This document shows positions 36,201 to 49,189 of a stretch of 64,000 nt of DNA, piece by piece. The notes below the pieces were generated by a model. That model was not told the DNA's origin. It saw only the letters and a program-made list of their open reading frames with translations, and searched no databases. The stretch's first letter is position 1, and each line of letters opens with the position of its first letter. A program made the translations under genes and the position numbers. This DNA is from Anthoceros angustus (lineage: Eukaryota; Plantae; Anthocerotophyta): positions 744,001 through 808,000 of the forward strand of contig MU008182.1 of assembly GCA_010909165.1 (NCBI GenBank). Direction: 5' to 3'.

Positions 36201-38868
36201 AGCTCGCCTCCTCTCCGCTTGGTGTGGCATATCGCCGTCCTTGTCGGGGTTGGGACATAGCGTCTTGCATGCCATGCCACCTTGCGATCGCCACCGGGCT
36301 CGAAGTCCCCATTACCACCTCGTTGGAGTACGGACGCGTTGGAGTAATGGCGAGATTCGCGGTTCCAAGACCACGGCCGTCGGAGGATACGAAGGGCTCC
36401 CATGCGGTCTTTGCATCGGTGGGGCCCGTTGTGGACCTCCGGTTGGCGGATACATGGTTTTGGGATATCGCGGCCCGGAGGGCTTCACTGATAGGCCTCT
36501 TCCCATTGCTCCTCGGCCTCCTCCTCGTATTCGTAGTCCACTTGATGCCGGCCTTGAGGCGGTTGGACTTCGAATGGCCGTGTTCTTGGCACACACGGCG
36601 TTCGCCGTGGTCGGTGTTTTCCGCTCTCGGTCCTTACACAGTTTATCGCGGGTCCTCTACTCTCTTTATCACTTTTTCCGGGTCCTCCGGACACACTACC
36701 TCCTTTGAGGGAGTCGGGTCCGGAGCTTCTCGGACGGTCTTGGTGTCACCACCTCCTTCTTACCACCTTCTTTTAGCGGGGCTTTCTTGCTCTTCTTCTT
36801 GCGGGGATACTCTTCCTCGCTAGAGACCTCCGTCTCTTCTTGGACGGGCTCCTCCTCCGAAGACACCTCGATTGGTCTTCCTCCTCCTCGAAGACTCTTC
36901 CTCCTCAGTCGAACCCGTTTCTTCTTCTTCTTGCCTCCTTGAGCGGATTTCTTTATCCTCGATGTAGCGATTCCTCGTAGTTTTCGGCCGCTCGACCGCC
37001 TTGCCCACGTCCTTCTCGGCGGCGGGGCGTGCACAGCCATGGGTTTGGCTAGACCGGCGCGAACCACCGTACCGCTTGCATCGTGGTATGGGTTGGATCG
37101 ATCCTCGGGCATAGAACCGCTCGATGTCTGAGCCCGGCTTCTCCTTCTTCCTCGCTTGATTTTCCAACTTTGATAATACATACCCCTCACTGGTGATCCT
37201 CGAAACCGTTCTAAGAAGGCATTTTCAAAGCTTCAAGCGAGGCGGGTGGGGCATTCTCGGTGGTCGGTACTTTCTCCGATACCATTGAGCGTCCTCGGAG
37301 AACCCCTTGGAAAAGCTGGATGAGCGTCGACTCCCTCTCCGTTGAAGTTGGCTTTGGACATGAAGTCCTCCACAAAGGTCTCCGCATCCGCTCCTTCTTC
37401 CCTCCGAATATGGAGTACGCTTGTTTGGTCGAGGTAGGGGCCATGGTCACGCCATCGATGGGTTAGGCGTCGCCCTACCTTCTTCCGTTACGCCCCTCGC
37501 ACCTGACTGCCTTGGTCCGACACCGACCACGTTCTCCTCCGATCGACGGTGCTCTCTCGTTGGGTTTGACGCCTCCTCTCCCGGCTCGGAGAGCACGCGA
37601 GGTGACCACGTCCGATCCTCCCGACGGTTCACTCTTGACCGCCGCCGACCGCCACGCATTCACTTACCTTCTCTTCCTAAGGACGCACTTGACCACGCAC
37701 GATTTCATTCCCGAACGCGCCAAAATGTGGCGGACTTTTGCCGATGGCGGCGCGCGACAATCCCGTGTCGTTGTAGGAAGAAGTCCTCCCAAGGGAATGA
37801 TAGGCCCGTTTACGCGTTTGGTGATTCCTACCGCCCTTAGCGCCTGCTCGCCTCAACACACACATACTCCTAACTACTCACAACGTTTCACCGTGACAGC
37901 CCGGTATGGCCAAACGTTAAGGACCCGTCGTCGTGATTCACATACATCCTCACGCATCCCCTTTCCTCTCTCCCTCACGCTACACTCTTCGCCTTAGAAA
38001 AGACGCTGGTTACGCCCGACCTCCTCCCGTTCCGGGCCTCCGTCCGGCTCTACACGCCTCCCGAGTTCCTCCTCCGATCGACGGTTCACTCTTGACCGCC
38101 GCCGACCGCGGCTCGAGCACGGTCACCCTTCCCCGCACACACCACAACGCTAAGTCCGCCACGGACCTTGATCAATCTCCCGAGCCGCCGTGCTCGCCAT
38201 GGGTTTGGCTAGACCGCCACAACCACCGCATCATTTGCATCGTGGTATGGGTTGATGCCGATCCTCGGCATAGAACCGCTGGCTCAGAGCTTCTCCTTCT
38301 TCCTCGCCTGATTTTCCAACTTTGATAATACATACCCTCCCGGTCGATCCTCGAAACCGCTCTAAGAAGGCATTTTCAAAGCTTCAAACGAGGCGGGGCA
38401 TTCTCCTGGTCGGTACTTTCTCCGATACCATTGAGCACTGTCCCCTGAGAACCCCTTGAAAAGCTGGAGCCGCCGCCTCCTCTCGCTGAAGTTGGCTTTG
38501 GACACGAAGTCCTCCACAAAGGTCTCCGCATCCCGCCTCCTTCTTCCCTCCGAATATGGAGTACGCTTGTTTGGTCGAGGTAGGGGCCATGGCCGCCATC
38601 GGTTAGGCGTCGCCCTACCTTCTTCCGCTGCCCCTCGCACTCTGTGACTGCCTTGGTCCGACACCACCACGCCTCCTCCTCCGATCGACGGTGCTCTCTC
38701 GCTGGGTTTGACGCCTCCTCCTCTCCTGAGAGCACGCGAGGTGACCACGTCCGATCCTCCCGACGGTTCACTTGACCGCCGCCGACCGCCACGCATTCAC
38801 TTACCTTCTTCCTAAGGACGCACTTTGCAAAGACCACGCATCGATTTCATTCAAGAACGGCGCCAAAA

Positions 38869-40124
38869 TGTGGCGGGACTTTTGGCTACCGGCCGACAAT
38901 CTGTCGTTGTAGGAAGAAGTCCGCTCCCAAGGGAATGATAGGCTGCCACTGCTGCTTGTGTGATTCTACCGCCCTTAGCGCCTGCTCGCCTCAACACACA
39001 CATACTCCTAACTACTCACAACGTTTCACCGTGACAGCCCTATGGCTAAACGCTTAGGACCCGCTCACCTCAGATCGCTCACATACATCCTCACGATCCG
39101 CCCTTTCCTCTCCTCACGCTACACTCGCCTTAGAAAAGACGCTGGTTACGCAGGACCTCCTCCGCTGCTCCGCCGGCCTCCGTCCGGCTCTACACGCCTC
39201 CCGAGTTCCTCCGGCTCACGCTGCCCTCCGGTGACCGGCCCGGACGAGCACGGTCACCCTTCCCCGCACACACCACAACGCTAAGTCCGCCACGGGACCT
39301 TGATCAATCTCCCGACTGCCGCGGACTCAGACTCACGTTAGCAAGAAGACTCACAAAGGTCCGCAAGAACGCGCATCAACACCAAGAGAAAGATGCTTTA
39401 CTAGAGCAAACTCTTATATCTGCGCCCAAGGTGGCGCTTTATTACACCTATTCGAAATGATAGCCACCGCAGATACCCTAATCGGCCCCTCCCCTATCCC
39501 CTATCTCCTTCACGGATCGGGCTGGAAGGTCCCGGCCCGCCTCGGAATGGGTGGTCCAATCCCCCGAGTGCACTAATCGGATGATCCGAGGCGGGGCCCC
39601 TCCTCTCCCGGAACTCGTCGGGTTCTGCGGCATTCGACAACCACCATCATCCCCACGGCCCCTCCTCCTGGCCACAGCCGCTCGGAAGGCGCTGGCCGGG
39701 AAGGGGGTCCGTATGGCTTACTCGACCCCACGCTGCTACTCCGCCTTACGCCGGCAGCCAGGCGTGAATACGCCTGCGGCCTCGGCAAGTACGGTCCTGG
39801 CCTCGCAAGGGTCTGGCACGCCTCTGCATGCCCGACCTCCACTCGGGTCACGTGGCGCCGCCGTCATCCTCACGCCTCGCCTCCTAGGTTACTTCTGGCG
39901 TACTTATCCTATTTTGACTGGGTCCGACTTCACATCCGGCGTAGTCCGGAGCTTGCCATAATGGTACCGGGGTCCGTTGTTCACTCGAGTCCGAGTATAC
40001 TCCGAGCCTCGTCCAAGCGCTACCCCAATTTATTCCTCCCTTTCCGCCTTATTTATCCTTCAATCCTAAAAAAAACAGAAACCCTACTTATTTCCTAACT
40101 CCCCAGGGAAGTGCATAGCCCACA
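38869..40124 (-). repeat. 5' LTR of gypsy element 1 (an extra partial copy at about 37724-38185 belongs to a tandem duplication)
   Basis: TG...CA termini, adjacent tRNA-Asp PBS. Confidence 0.9.
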
Positions 40125-40129
40125 AGCAG

Positions 40130-40863
40130 CGTGCTTTGGCGGACAAGGACCTTGTGGAAGGATTGGAGGTGTTCATTGTTCCATCCTCAGAAAAACAGGT
40201 ACAATACCAAGTGGAGAGCATAGATGTTTTAGACATGCGAGGGTTTCTCACAGGACGGAAATACACACTTCTGGTGATGGACGTTCCAAGGGGATTTCAA
40301 ATCGGGCCAATGGACAAACGAGTGGACAAGCAGATGATGGATACTGTTTTGCAGAGCTTTGTTGAGAAAACCACTAGCGATGAGCTGAGGATGATTGTAA
40401 TACATGGTGTCAAGAAGGCACACACTGTTAGGGAGTCCATGCAGAAGTGGAGCAGGAAAGGGGGCTTGGTCTCATTTGTGTGGGACAAGACGAACATGAA
40501 CAATGACAAGGGTGGATTTGAAACCGTGGAGTACGTGACACTGGGTTGGGGAGTGAAAAATGTGTGCACAAGGGATAGGGTTGCAACGATGCCAAATGCC
40601 ATGCACGCTACTTTGAACAATGGGAGGTCTATCATCGCTCATGACACTGTTGTAAGAAACAGGTGTACATGTCACATGACAAGTTGGTGGTATGCTCATA
40701 TCAGAGGCCTCTGGGGCTAATGATGAAACTTATCAAAACCTTCTCCGAAAAGGGAGATTGGGTTTTAGATGCTTGCTCTGGCAGTGGGACAACTTTATTG
40801 GCAGCCCTATTGTGCGGATGAAATTGTATCGCTATTGAGGCTGACTTGAGGTGTGCAGGATAA
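40130..40863 (+). pseudogene. Beta-class N4-cytosine/N6-adenine DNA methyltransferase (N6_N4_Mtase-like) catalytic domain, inactivated
   Basis: Motif order IV then I: KYTLLVMDVPRG (DPPY-like), FVWDKTN, ETVEYVTLGW. After a frameshift near 40660: SYQRPLGLMMKLIKTFSEKGDWVLDACSGSGTTLLAALLCG*NCIAIEAD, with a premature TGA at 40819-40821. Confidence 0.85.
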
Positions 40864-41070
40864 TTCCACAACGGATCCATGGGTATGAGGTTCTGCCAGA
40901 TGCTGACGAACAATTGACCTTCGAGGCCCACCGCAGAGGACTTGCGCAATTGTGGGCAAAGGAAGATGTATCAGCGAGAAGAACTCTTTGAAAGCGCAAG
41001 TGGTTTCTTTGAGTTCTCGTCGAATGAAGACCAAAACTTGAGTGTTCTTCATGTAGGGCTCCAAACCCTT

Positions 41071-41478
41071 TGTAACTGGCCCAAAGATCAAGTTCTATGC
41101 CCAGAGATCTTCCAGACATAGTCTTGGTTTCTCGAAGGAGCTCACGAAAGTGGTCATTGTGCCTTTGGTCTGCGGATATATAAGGCCAGAACGGTTTCCG
41201 CTTTGGCCTATTTCAATTGAGCACGTTTCTTGTTCATGTAACCACTATTTACCCTATTTCTACCTATCCGCTAATTAGGATTAATATTCCTATCTATCCG
41301 CTAATTAGGATTAATTCTACTTAATGCCTACGCTCCTAACGCTACATAATTAACCAAGTTTCTTATACACGCTGCTTTATGAAACGGGCATCGTCGCTAA
41401 TCGGCCCGCCGGCTCACTCTTTGGTAGCATGCTTGTGCCCCTGCTTGGCGGCAGCGTGTTCCGCCTCCCGCCGCAACA
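41071..41478 (-). repeat. 3' LTR of gypsy element 2
   Basis: Matches 48763-49184. Both LTRs share an internal CTATCCGCTAATTAGGATTAAT duplication. Confidence 0.92.
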
Positions 41479-44400
41479 TCCTCCCCACTTAAGAGGCTCG
41501 GTCCTCCGTGCCTCGATCCGCCGGCTTAGGCGAGGAAACCGGGCAAAAATCTTGGCTCCCAAGGGTCAAGAATCGGGTTCGTGGCTCCACCCAACAAGGT
41601 AATCTGATCCCTGCTTCAAGCTTGCGAGCTCGTTCTGAAGGATTCTGCTTGGAAGGAGGAGAGGTCTGCACGCCGGTAGGCTGGTCGACGGTGATGGGTG
41701 GAAACCGATGGTGGTGTGGATCGGGATGGGGAAACTGGAAGAAGGGAATGGAGTGGCCGGAGGATCGAGGAGATGGGCCGGGAATAACAGCTTCAACATA
41801 CTAACATGGAAGGTCCGCACATGCGCCACTTGGAAGGTCGAGGTATAAGCCACAAGATTCACTTGGCGAAGATGGGGAAGGGTCCCGCAAAACGGTATGC
41901 GAGTTTGTGATGGGCCGGATCGTGTGGGTACTGTGGGGACGGACACGTAACTGCACTCTGCCCCACCGCATATGTGACCTCACGGCGTTGTTTGTTCTGA
42001 TCTTGCGCCACTGCCTCAGGCCGCAAGTAGATTCTTCTTAGCCTGGCCGACTGTGGTATATGTCTTCACCGCGGCACTCCTCCACTTTTCTGCTACTGCT
42101 GGCCATAATCCTCGAGGTGGTGGGTTGGCTCCATACAAGAATTTGAAGGGTGAGGCACTGCAAGATGCTTGGAGGTATTGTAAGCAAACTCCAACATAGG
42201 TCTGTGTCCTCCCATAATCCTTGCTTCTCCTGCATAGTGACGCAACATGTCTTCTAGCACTTGTATTCGCGGATCGACCACCTGATTCGGATGGCGGTGG
42301 TGGACAGCTCGATGAATGCCGAGGGTCTCTGAATGTCTTCCAACCTGCTGGAATTTCGGATCCTCGTCCAAACGATGTCTATGGCATCCATGTAGCTCAA
42401 AATCTCGCGGACGAAGATGCCACTGGCCGTGACCTTGAATGGACGGTATAAAATGACAAGATTAAAGTCCGGCCCATGACGACCCATATGGCGTCCTTTC
42501 CAGCTGCTGCACGTGACAAAGTCCATAGAACGGATCGAATCGCCTTGTATGTGTAAGGGTAACAACCCGGCGATTGATTCGGTTTTGCCTTTTGGCGAGA
42601 CACACGAACCCACTGGATACGATCCCCGCCGCATGTTGGTCCAAGAGAAGTGTGTCTTCACGCCATACGCCTTATCTATTCCGAGATGTCCCGAGATGGG
42701 AGAATCGCAAATCGTGCATGATTCCCCGCTTAAGTTCCATCATGTGTCCTCGATAACCACCGCCTTACGGTAAACGCACGCATCCTTCAGTTGGTAGGTT
42801 TGCATAAGGGCTGTCGGAACTCCCGCTGTTGCATCCTGGACTAACTGGTCGTATATGGTTTGCAGGGTAGGATCATCTGGAATCGCATCACGGACCGCCT
42901 GGATGGTTTCGGACTGTGATTTCATCGTGGTCCGGCCCTCGCCGAGAGAGCATCCGAATCAGTATTTGCCGAGCTGCGAGGTACTTGATTTCCATGTCAA
43001 AGTCTCGCCAAGTACTCGCCAGCCAACCGCCTAGCGTTGAGATTTGGGCTTGAAGAAGTGTTGTAGCGACGTGGTCCGTGTGAACTACAAACCTCGTCCG
43101 AGGAGGTAGTGGCGCCACACTTTCGTGGCATGGACGATCGCAAACATCTCCTTGTCGTGGCAGGTGGTAATTTAATTGTGCCCCGGAGTTTGTGAGACTC
43201 GTGAGGCTATCACCTCCCTTGCGAGACAAAGATCGCACCAATGGCACCATCTCGATGCATCTGTGTAGCGTAGGTTCCCCTGCTGGTCGGCCATCGCGAG
43301 CACCGCCTGCTCAAGGCTACCTTCGCCTCAAGGCTCGGACCGCCTGCCACCGGAACTCCCCGGGTGGATCGCTTGAGGGCTTCGCCAAAGGAAGAGCAAT
43401 TTGATCAAGCTCTTGATAAACCTCGATAGAAGCCCGCTAGCCCCAGGAAGCCCCTTAGTTGGGTGATGTCCTTGGGAGCGCCACCAGCTGCCACAGAGGA
43501 GATCCATCACGATGCCCTTGGCACTAACGATGTGTCCAAGATACTCAACTTCTTCTCGCATGAAGGTACACTTGCTCCTCTTGGCCAGCAGCTTGATGCT
43601 TCAAGAAGAGTGAATACCTTCCCGACGAGTTCGATGTGGGTGGCTTGGTCCGCAGAGTGGATCAAGATATCATCTAGGAAGACCTCGACCCCTTGCCTAG
43701 CAAAGGTCAAGAATGTCTTGCATGAGACATTGAAGGTCACGGGCATTTAGAAGTCTCGAACGGCATCACTACAAACTCGTAGTGACCATGCCGTGTTCTA
43801 AATGCGGTCTTGGGCTCATCCCCTCCTTGAGTCGAATTTGGTGAAAACTCGATCGCGGTCGATTTTGGTGAACCAAGCGACCCATGCTGGGTCCAAAATC
43901 TCATCGATGCGGCATCCGTAGACATTCCCTCGATGGTGGCCCGATTCAATCCTCGTAGTCGATGCAGAGTCTCCAGCCCACCGCCGTTTCGCCACCAACA
44001 ACACGGCGCTCCATAAGGTGAGGTGCTTGGCCTCACAAACCCCTTGTCCAGAATTCATCTACCGCTTTTGATCTCCTCATTTTCCACATACCGACGCGGT
44101 ATGGTTGTTGATTTACATGTGCCGATGCCTGTGCACTAGCTCGATCTTGATGGGTCTGCCTTGGTGGTAGGGCGGTGGATCCGCAAATAACCCATCACCC
44201 GCCACAGAGCCTTAAACTCTTCTGTAAGAGTTCCTCCGATTGCTTCGCCGCCTGCTCATGTGCCTCCAGAGGAACTACCCGCTCACCAGCGATGTACGTA
44301 AAGCTTCCTTGGTGGATTTATGCAAGGCACGCAAAAGGTGCTTGTCCAAGGTAAGTTTCTTCCAAAGACATACGATCCGTCTGCACCCCTAGGGTTACTA

Positions 44401-47400
44401 AGTTCTTTTCCACCTATATGAAGTTGGTGAGAATGGGCCACCACTGCTTCCCACAATCACGCCATGTGCCAAGCTTGGCATGACTATGCATTCAAAGACT
44501 TCTACGAAACCTCCGTGGAAGGTAAGAGTCGCTCGTCTAATCGCCGTCCTCACATCCTTGCTTCCTCACTGACGAATCGAGAAGTCTCGACCCGAGTGTT
44601 GGATGTGCAGCCCGCCCGCTTGGACTGAGATGTAGTGGTGGCTAGCACCGAGTCTAGGAGCGGGCAACATGTCCCGCTATGTGAACCTTTAGCTTGATCG
44701 GGACATGGGTCTTGCTACATGCATTCAAACGCAAAGACCCATTGCAAGACCTAGGGTTTTGAGCGGTGTTCGCTTCCGATTCTCTCTAAAACCACCGAGT
44801 GGTTGCTTTTGCGTGGGTTTGAGAAGAAGGGTTGGCGCGGTGGAATTTCGCCTCCTTCACCATGCGATGAAGTCCCTCCGTGAGGGCAACGTGAACCATG
44901 GTCGAGTCGCAGGTAAAGCACTTCCTTTTTCTCTCAGATTCCTTCTTCTTCTTCGAGGATTTTAAAGTCGGGTCCTTCACCGCTAATGACTTCCCCATTT
45001 CGATTCTTTGGAAGGGTTGGAGGTGCCCAAGTGTTTATACTTGTTCCGCCATAGTTCATGGCGCTTTCATGGCATCAACCAGGTGTTGGGGTTGGTCCGT
45101 TGACATCGCCAAGTTCGAATCAAGGCCATCAATGAACTTCTCCACTTTTTGTTCTTCATCGAGGCGGGAAGATCCAGTGAGTCAGAAGAACTTGTCGCAG
45201 ATTCTCGCATGCATCCTCGCCGATAGATTTTAAAACCGATACAGTCTGTGATTTGGTGTGGAGGAAATGCTCTAAGAACACTTGCTCAACATCGCAAGTG
45301 TATATGGCGCCTCCATACCCAGATCGACTTGCCCCGCTGCTCCACCAACGATACGATAACCCTCGAGCGACATGACGCAAAACCGTATGCGTTGGAGATC
45401 ATCCTTCTCACCGCCAGGTATTTCTCCATCTTGTCTGTCCAACAGAGACGCTTGAGCTTGGCACCCAAAGTCGTGGTTTTATCTTCCGCAACTCCTTGTC
45501 AAGTAGTGGGCGGGTTTGAAGGGCTCGTCTCCCTCCAACAACGACTCTTCCTTGGCCTTGGCTTGCTCCCACTCCTCATGGAGGCGTCCGCCAAGGCCTT
45601 GATGTCCTTGTTTTTCGCCCGCAACAACCTCGACCACCAACCTCTGGACTCGTCCTCACGAGCTCGTCCTACCGACTGCACGTGACCCTCGACCCTCTTC
45701 CTCATCTCTTCGCCATCCAGCCCCGGAGTGAGGGCCTCTTTCTCTGCACACCGTGGTGGTGAGGATTGCGGTGGTGGGTTCACCGGCCTTCCGACTGTGT
45801 CCCTTTGTGTTGCTCTGAACCGGACGGGTCCGCCTCCAACAATTGCGGCCGCATGGCTTGTCCCTCCAACTTGCTCGATTGTTTCGACACAACGTGCCGA
45901 GCTCCGCAGTTATTCTCCACACCACACCGGTCGACTTGGGCAAAGAACCTTGCTCAAGTGTCGCCCAAAGAAAATTTCGAGGCGGAGATCCTCTCGTTCA
46001 TGTCCTCGTTCCCGACCACCGGGCATGGCCATTCACTCCGCCTGCTGGGCCGTGCTGCCAGTGTCGGGGAACGGCCTGCACGAGGCCGGCCTCGCCTTGG
46101 TGCCGGATCATGATGTTCTCGGCCACAGTCGCCCTGTCTTCCTGCTCGATTCGAACGGTCCAGACTTCCGATCGTTTCTTCCGCCGCTTGTCGCCTCCGC
46201 TCTTCCAGGATCGGCGGGCTTGACCAATCACCGGATTTCGCCTCCTCGATTGGACCCGGCAGAGGTCTCCTACCTCCTCGACTGCACTCTTCGCCAATGC
46301 TTTCCACCGCCGGCCTTCATCAGGTGAGCTCCCGCCTCCATTTCCCTTTGTGCGCGGTCTCCCATGTCGTAAATTCCACGCAACTCCTTGCGTGATGTGG
46401 GTCCGGATGGTCTCTAATGAGCTCAAAGATTCGATCGAGATGTGAGAACTCAAGGTATGCCCAGTGTCCGAACTACCATGCGATGAAGTCCCTCCGTGAG
46501 GGCAAACGTGAACCATGGTCGAGTGCACGTAAAGCACTTCCTTTTTCTCTCAGATTCCTTCTTCTTCGAGGATTTTAAAGTCGGGTTTTTCATGCGCTGA
46601 CTTCCCCATTTCGATTCTTTGGAAGGGTTGGAGGTGCCCAAGTGTTTATACTTGTTCTCGCCATAGTTCATGGCGGCTTTCATGGCATCAACCGTGGTGT
46701 TGGGGTTGGTCCGTTGACATCGCCAAGTTCGAACCAAGGCCATCAATGAACTTCTCCACTTTTTGTTCTTCATCGAGGCGGGAAGATCCAGAGTGAGTCA
46801 GAAGAACTTGTCGCAGATTCTCGCATGCATCCTCGCCGATAGATTTTGCGAACCATCTGTCTCTGTGATTTGCGGGAGGAAATGCTCTAAGAACACTTGC
46901 TCGAACACCGCCCAAGTGTATATGGCGCCTCCATACCCAGATCGATCGGCTCCCGCTGTTTCCACCAACGATACGCATAACCCTCGAGCGACATGACGAA
47001 ACCATGCGTTGGAGATCATCCTTCTCACCGCCAGGTATTTCTCCATCTTGTCCAGCCCCGAGGCTTGAGCTTCTCGCCCCGTCGTGTGGTTTTATCTTCC
47101 GCCGCAACTCCTTGTCAAGTAGTGGGCGGGGTTTGAAGGGTCGCCTCCCTCCAACAAATCGACTCTTCCTTGGCCTTGGCTTGCTCCCACCGTACCTCAT
47201 GAGCTGGAGGCCCGCCAAGGCCTTGATGTCCTTGTTTTTCGCCGGCAACAACTCGACCACCAACCTCTTGAGGACTCGTCCTCACGAGCCCCGGCTGACC
47301 TCGTGACCCTCGACCCTCTTCCTCATCTCTTCGCCATCCAGCCCCGGAGTGGGTGCCAGGGCCGGTCTTTGCTGCACAACCGGTGGTGAGGAGGTGGTGG

Positions 47401-48762
47401 GTTCACCGGCCTTCCGACCGTGTCCCTTTGTGTTGCGGTGTTCGAACCGGACGGTAGTCTGCCCAATTGCAAGACGCCGCATGCTTGTCCCTCCAACTTG
47501 CTCGATTGTTTCGACAAGCCGAGCTCGCAGTTATTCTCCACACCACACCGGTCGACTTGGCGGCAACCTTGCCTCAAGTGTCGCCCAAAGAAAATTTCGA
47601 GGCGGAGATCCTCCGGTTCATGTCCTCGTTCCCGACCACCGGGCATGGCCATTCACTCCGCCTGCTGGGCCGTGCTGCCAGTGTCGGGGAACGGCCTGCA
47701 CGAGGCCGGCCTCGCCTTGGTGCCGGATCATGATGTTCTCGGCCACAGTCGCCCTGTCTTCCTGCTCGATTCGAACGGTCCAGACTTCCGATCGTCTTTC
47801 CGCCGTCGGTGTCGCCTCCGCTCTTCCAGGATCGGCGGGCTTGACCAATCACCGGATTTCGCCTCCTCGATTGGACCCGGCAGAGGTCTCCTACCTCCTC
47901 GACTGCACTCTTTCGCCAATGCTTTCCACCGCCGGCCTTCCGACCGTGTCCCTTTGTGTTGCGGTGTTCGAACCGGACGGTAGTCTGCCCAATTGCAAGA
48001 CGCCGCATGCTTGTCCCTCCAACTTGCTCGATTGTTTCGACAAGCCGAGCTCGCAGTTATTCTCCACACCACACCGGTCGACTTGGGCAAAGAACCTTGC
48101 TCAAGTGTCGCCCAAAGAAAATTTCGAGGCGGAGATCCTCCGGTTCATGTCCTCGCGGTTCTAACGGGGCATGGCCATTCACTCGCTGGCCGTGCGGTGT
48201 GTCGGGGAACGGGCGGCGAGGCCGAGGCCTCGCCTTGGTGCCGGATCAGGCGATTGATCTTGGCCAACCGCTGCGCCGGCCGCTCCGGTTCTTCGCTCGG
48301 ATTCGAACGGTCCAGACTTCCGATCGTCTTTCCGCCGTCGGTGTCGCCTCCGCTCTTCCAGGATCGGCGGGCTTGACCAATCACCGGATTTCGGCCTCCG
48401 ATTGGACCCGCAGGAGGTCTCCTACCTCCTCGACCTCGCACTCTTTCGCCAATGCTTTCCAACGGTCTTCATCGCCGCTGCTGGTGAGCTCCCGCCTCCA
48501 TTTCCCTTTGTGCGCGGTCTCCCATGTCGTAAATTCCACGCAACTCCTTGCGTGATGTGGGTCCGGATGGTCTCTAATGAGCTCAAAGATTCTGATCGAG
48601 ATGTGAGAACTCAAGGTATGCCCAGTGTCCGAACTACCTCGCGAGCCTCAATTCACTCCTTCGTCCGAATCGATCCTCGCTGGAATTGTTCTGCGGTTCC
48701 ACCGATTGACTCCACGCCAGGACCTCACGCTTGCGCAGTGTGATTCTCTGCTCGATACCAAA

Positions 48763-49184
48763 TGTAACGCGCCCAAGATCAAGTTCTATGCCCAGCCAGA
48801 TCTTCCAGACATAGTCTTGGTTTCGCTAGAAGGAGCTCACGAAGTGGTGCTTGTGCCTTTGGTCTTACATAGCTCGCGCCAGAACGTTTCCGCTTTTGGC
48901 CCAATAATTGAGCACGCTTTCTTGTTCATGTAACCACTATTTACCCTATTTCTACCTATCCGCTAATTAGGATTAATATTCCTATCTATCCGCTAATTAG
49001 GATTAATTCTGTAATGCCTACGTTCCTAACGTTACATAATTAACCAAGTTTCTTATACACGCGTTTCTATGAAGCGGCGGGCATCGTCGCCTAATCGGCA
49101 AGCGTCGCGGCGGCTCACTCTTTGGTAGCATGCTTCAGGCCACAGCCGGTGTCTTTGACGGCGTGTTCGCTCGCCGCCGTAACA
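48763..49184 (-). repeat. 5' LTR of gypsy element 2
   Basis: Adjacent iMet PBS and TSD. Confidence 0.92.
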
Positions 49185-49189
49185 CCCTT

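Larger units (their letters stand above)
27923..40124 (-). mobile_element. Full-length Ty3/gypsy LTR retrotransposon, non-chromovirus (Athila/Tat-like), degenerate
   Basis: LTRs 27923-29310 and 38869-40124 with TGTGG...CCACA termini. Exact TSD AGCAG at 27918-27922 and 40125-40129. PBS TGGCGCCGTT (38865-38856) is complementary to the tRNA-Asp 3' end, and a PPT lies at 29327-29311. Protease LDTG at 33472-33461, RT about 30900-31800, integrase LRLVSDRGTHFLND about 29950. Confidence 0.93.
41071..49184 (-). mobile_element. Full-length Ty3/gypsy chromovirus-type LTR retrotransposon, degenerate
   Basis: LTRs 41071-41478 and 48763-49184 (TGT...ACA termini). Exact TSD CCCTT at 41066-41070 and 49185-49189. 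PBS TGGTATC(A)GAGC for tRNA-iMet at 48760-48750, PPT AAGTGGGGAGGA at 41490-41479. RT VEVFLDDILIHS about 43680, integrase C-terminus TFHVSMLK, and a chromodomain remnant YLVGWSHEPDS about 41570-41600. Confidence 0.93.

Noticed and set aside
27923-40124. Dating the LTR insertions from LTR-LTR divergence
   Set aside because: The differences are dominated by indels that look like sequencing noise, so any age would be meaningless without polishing.
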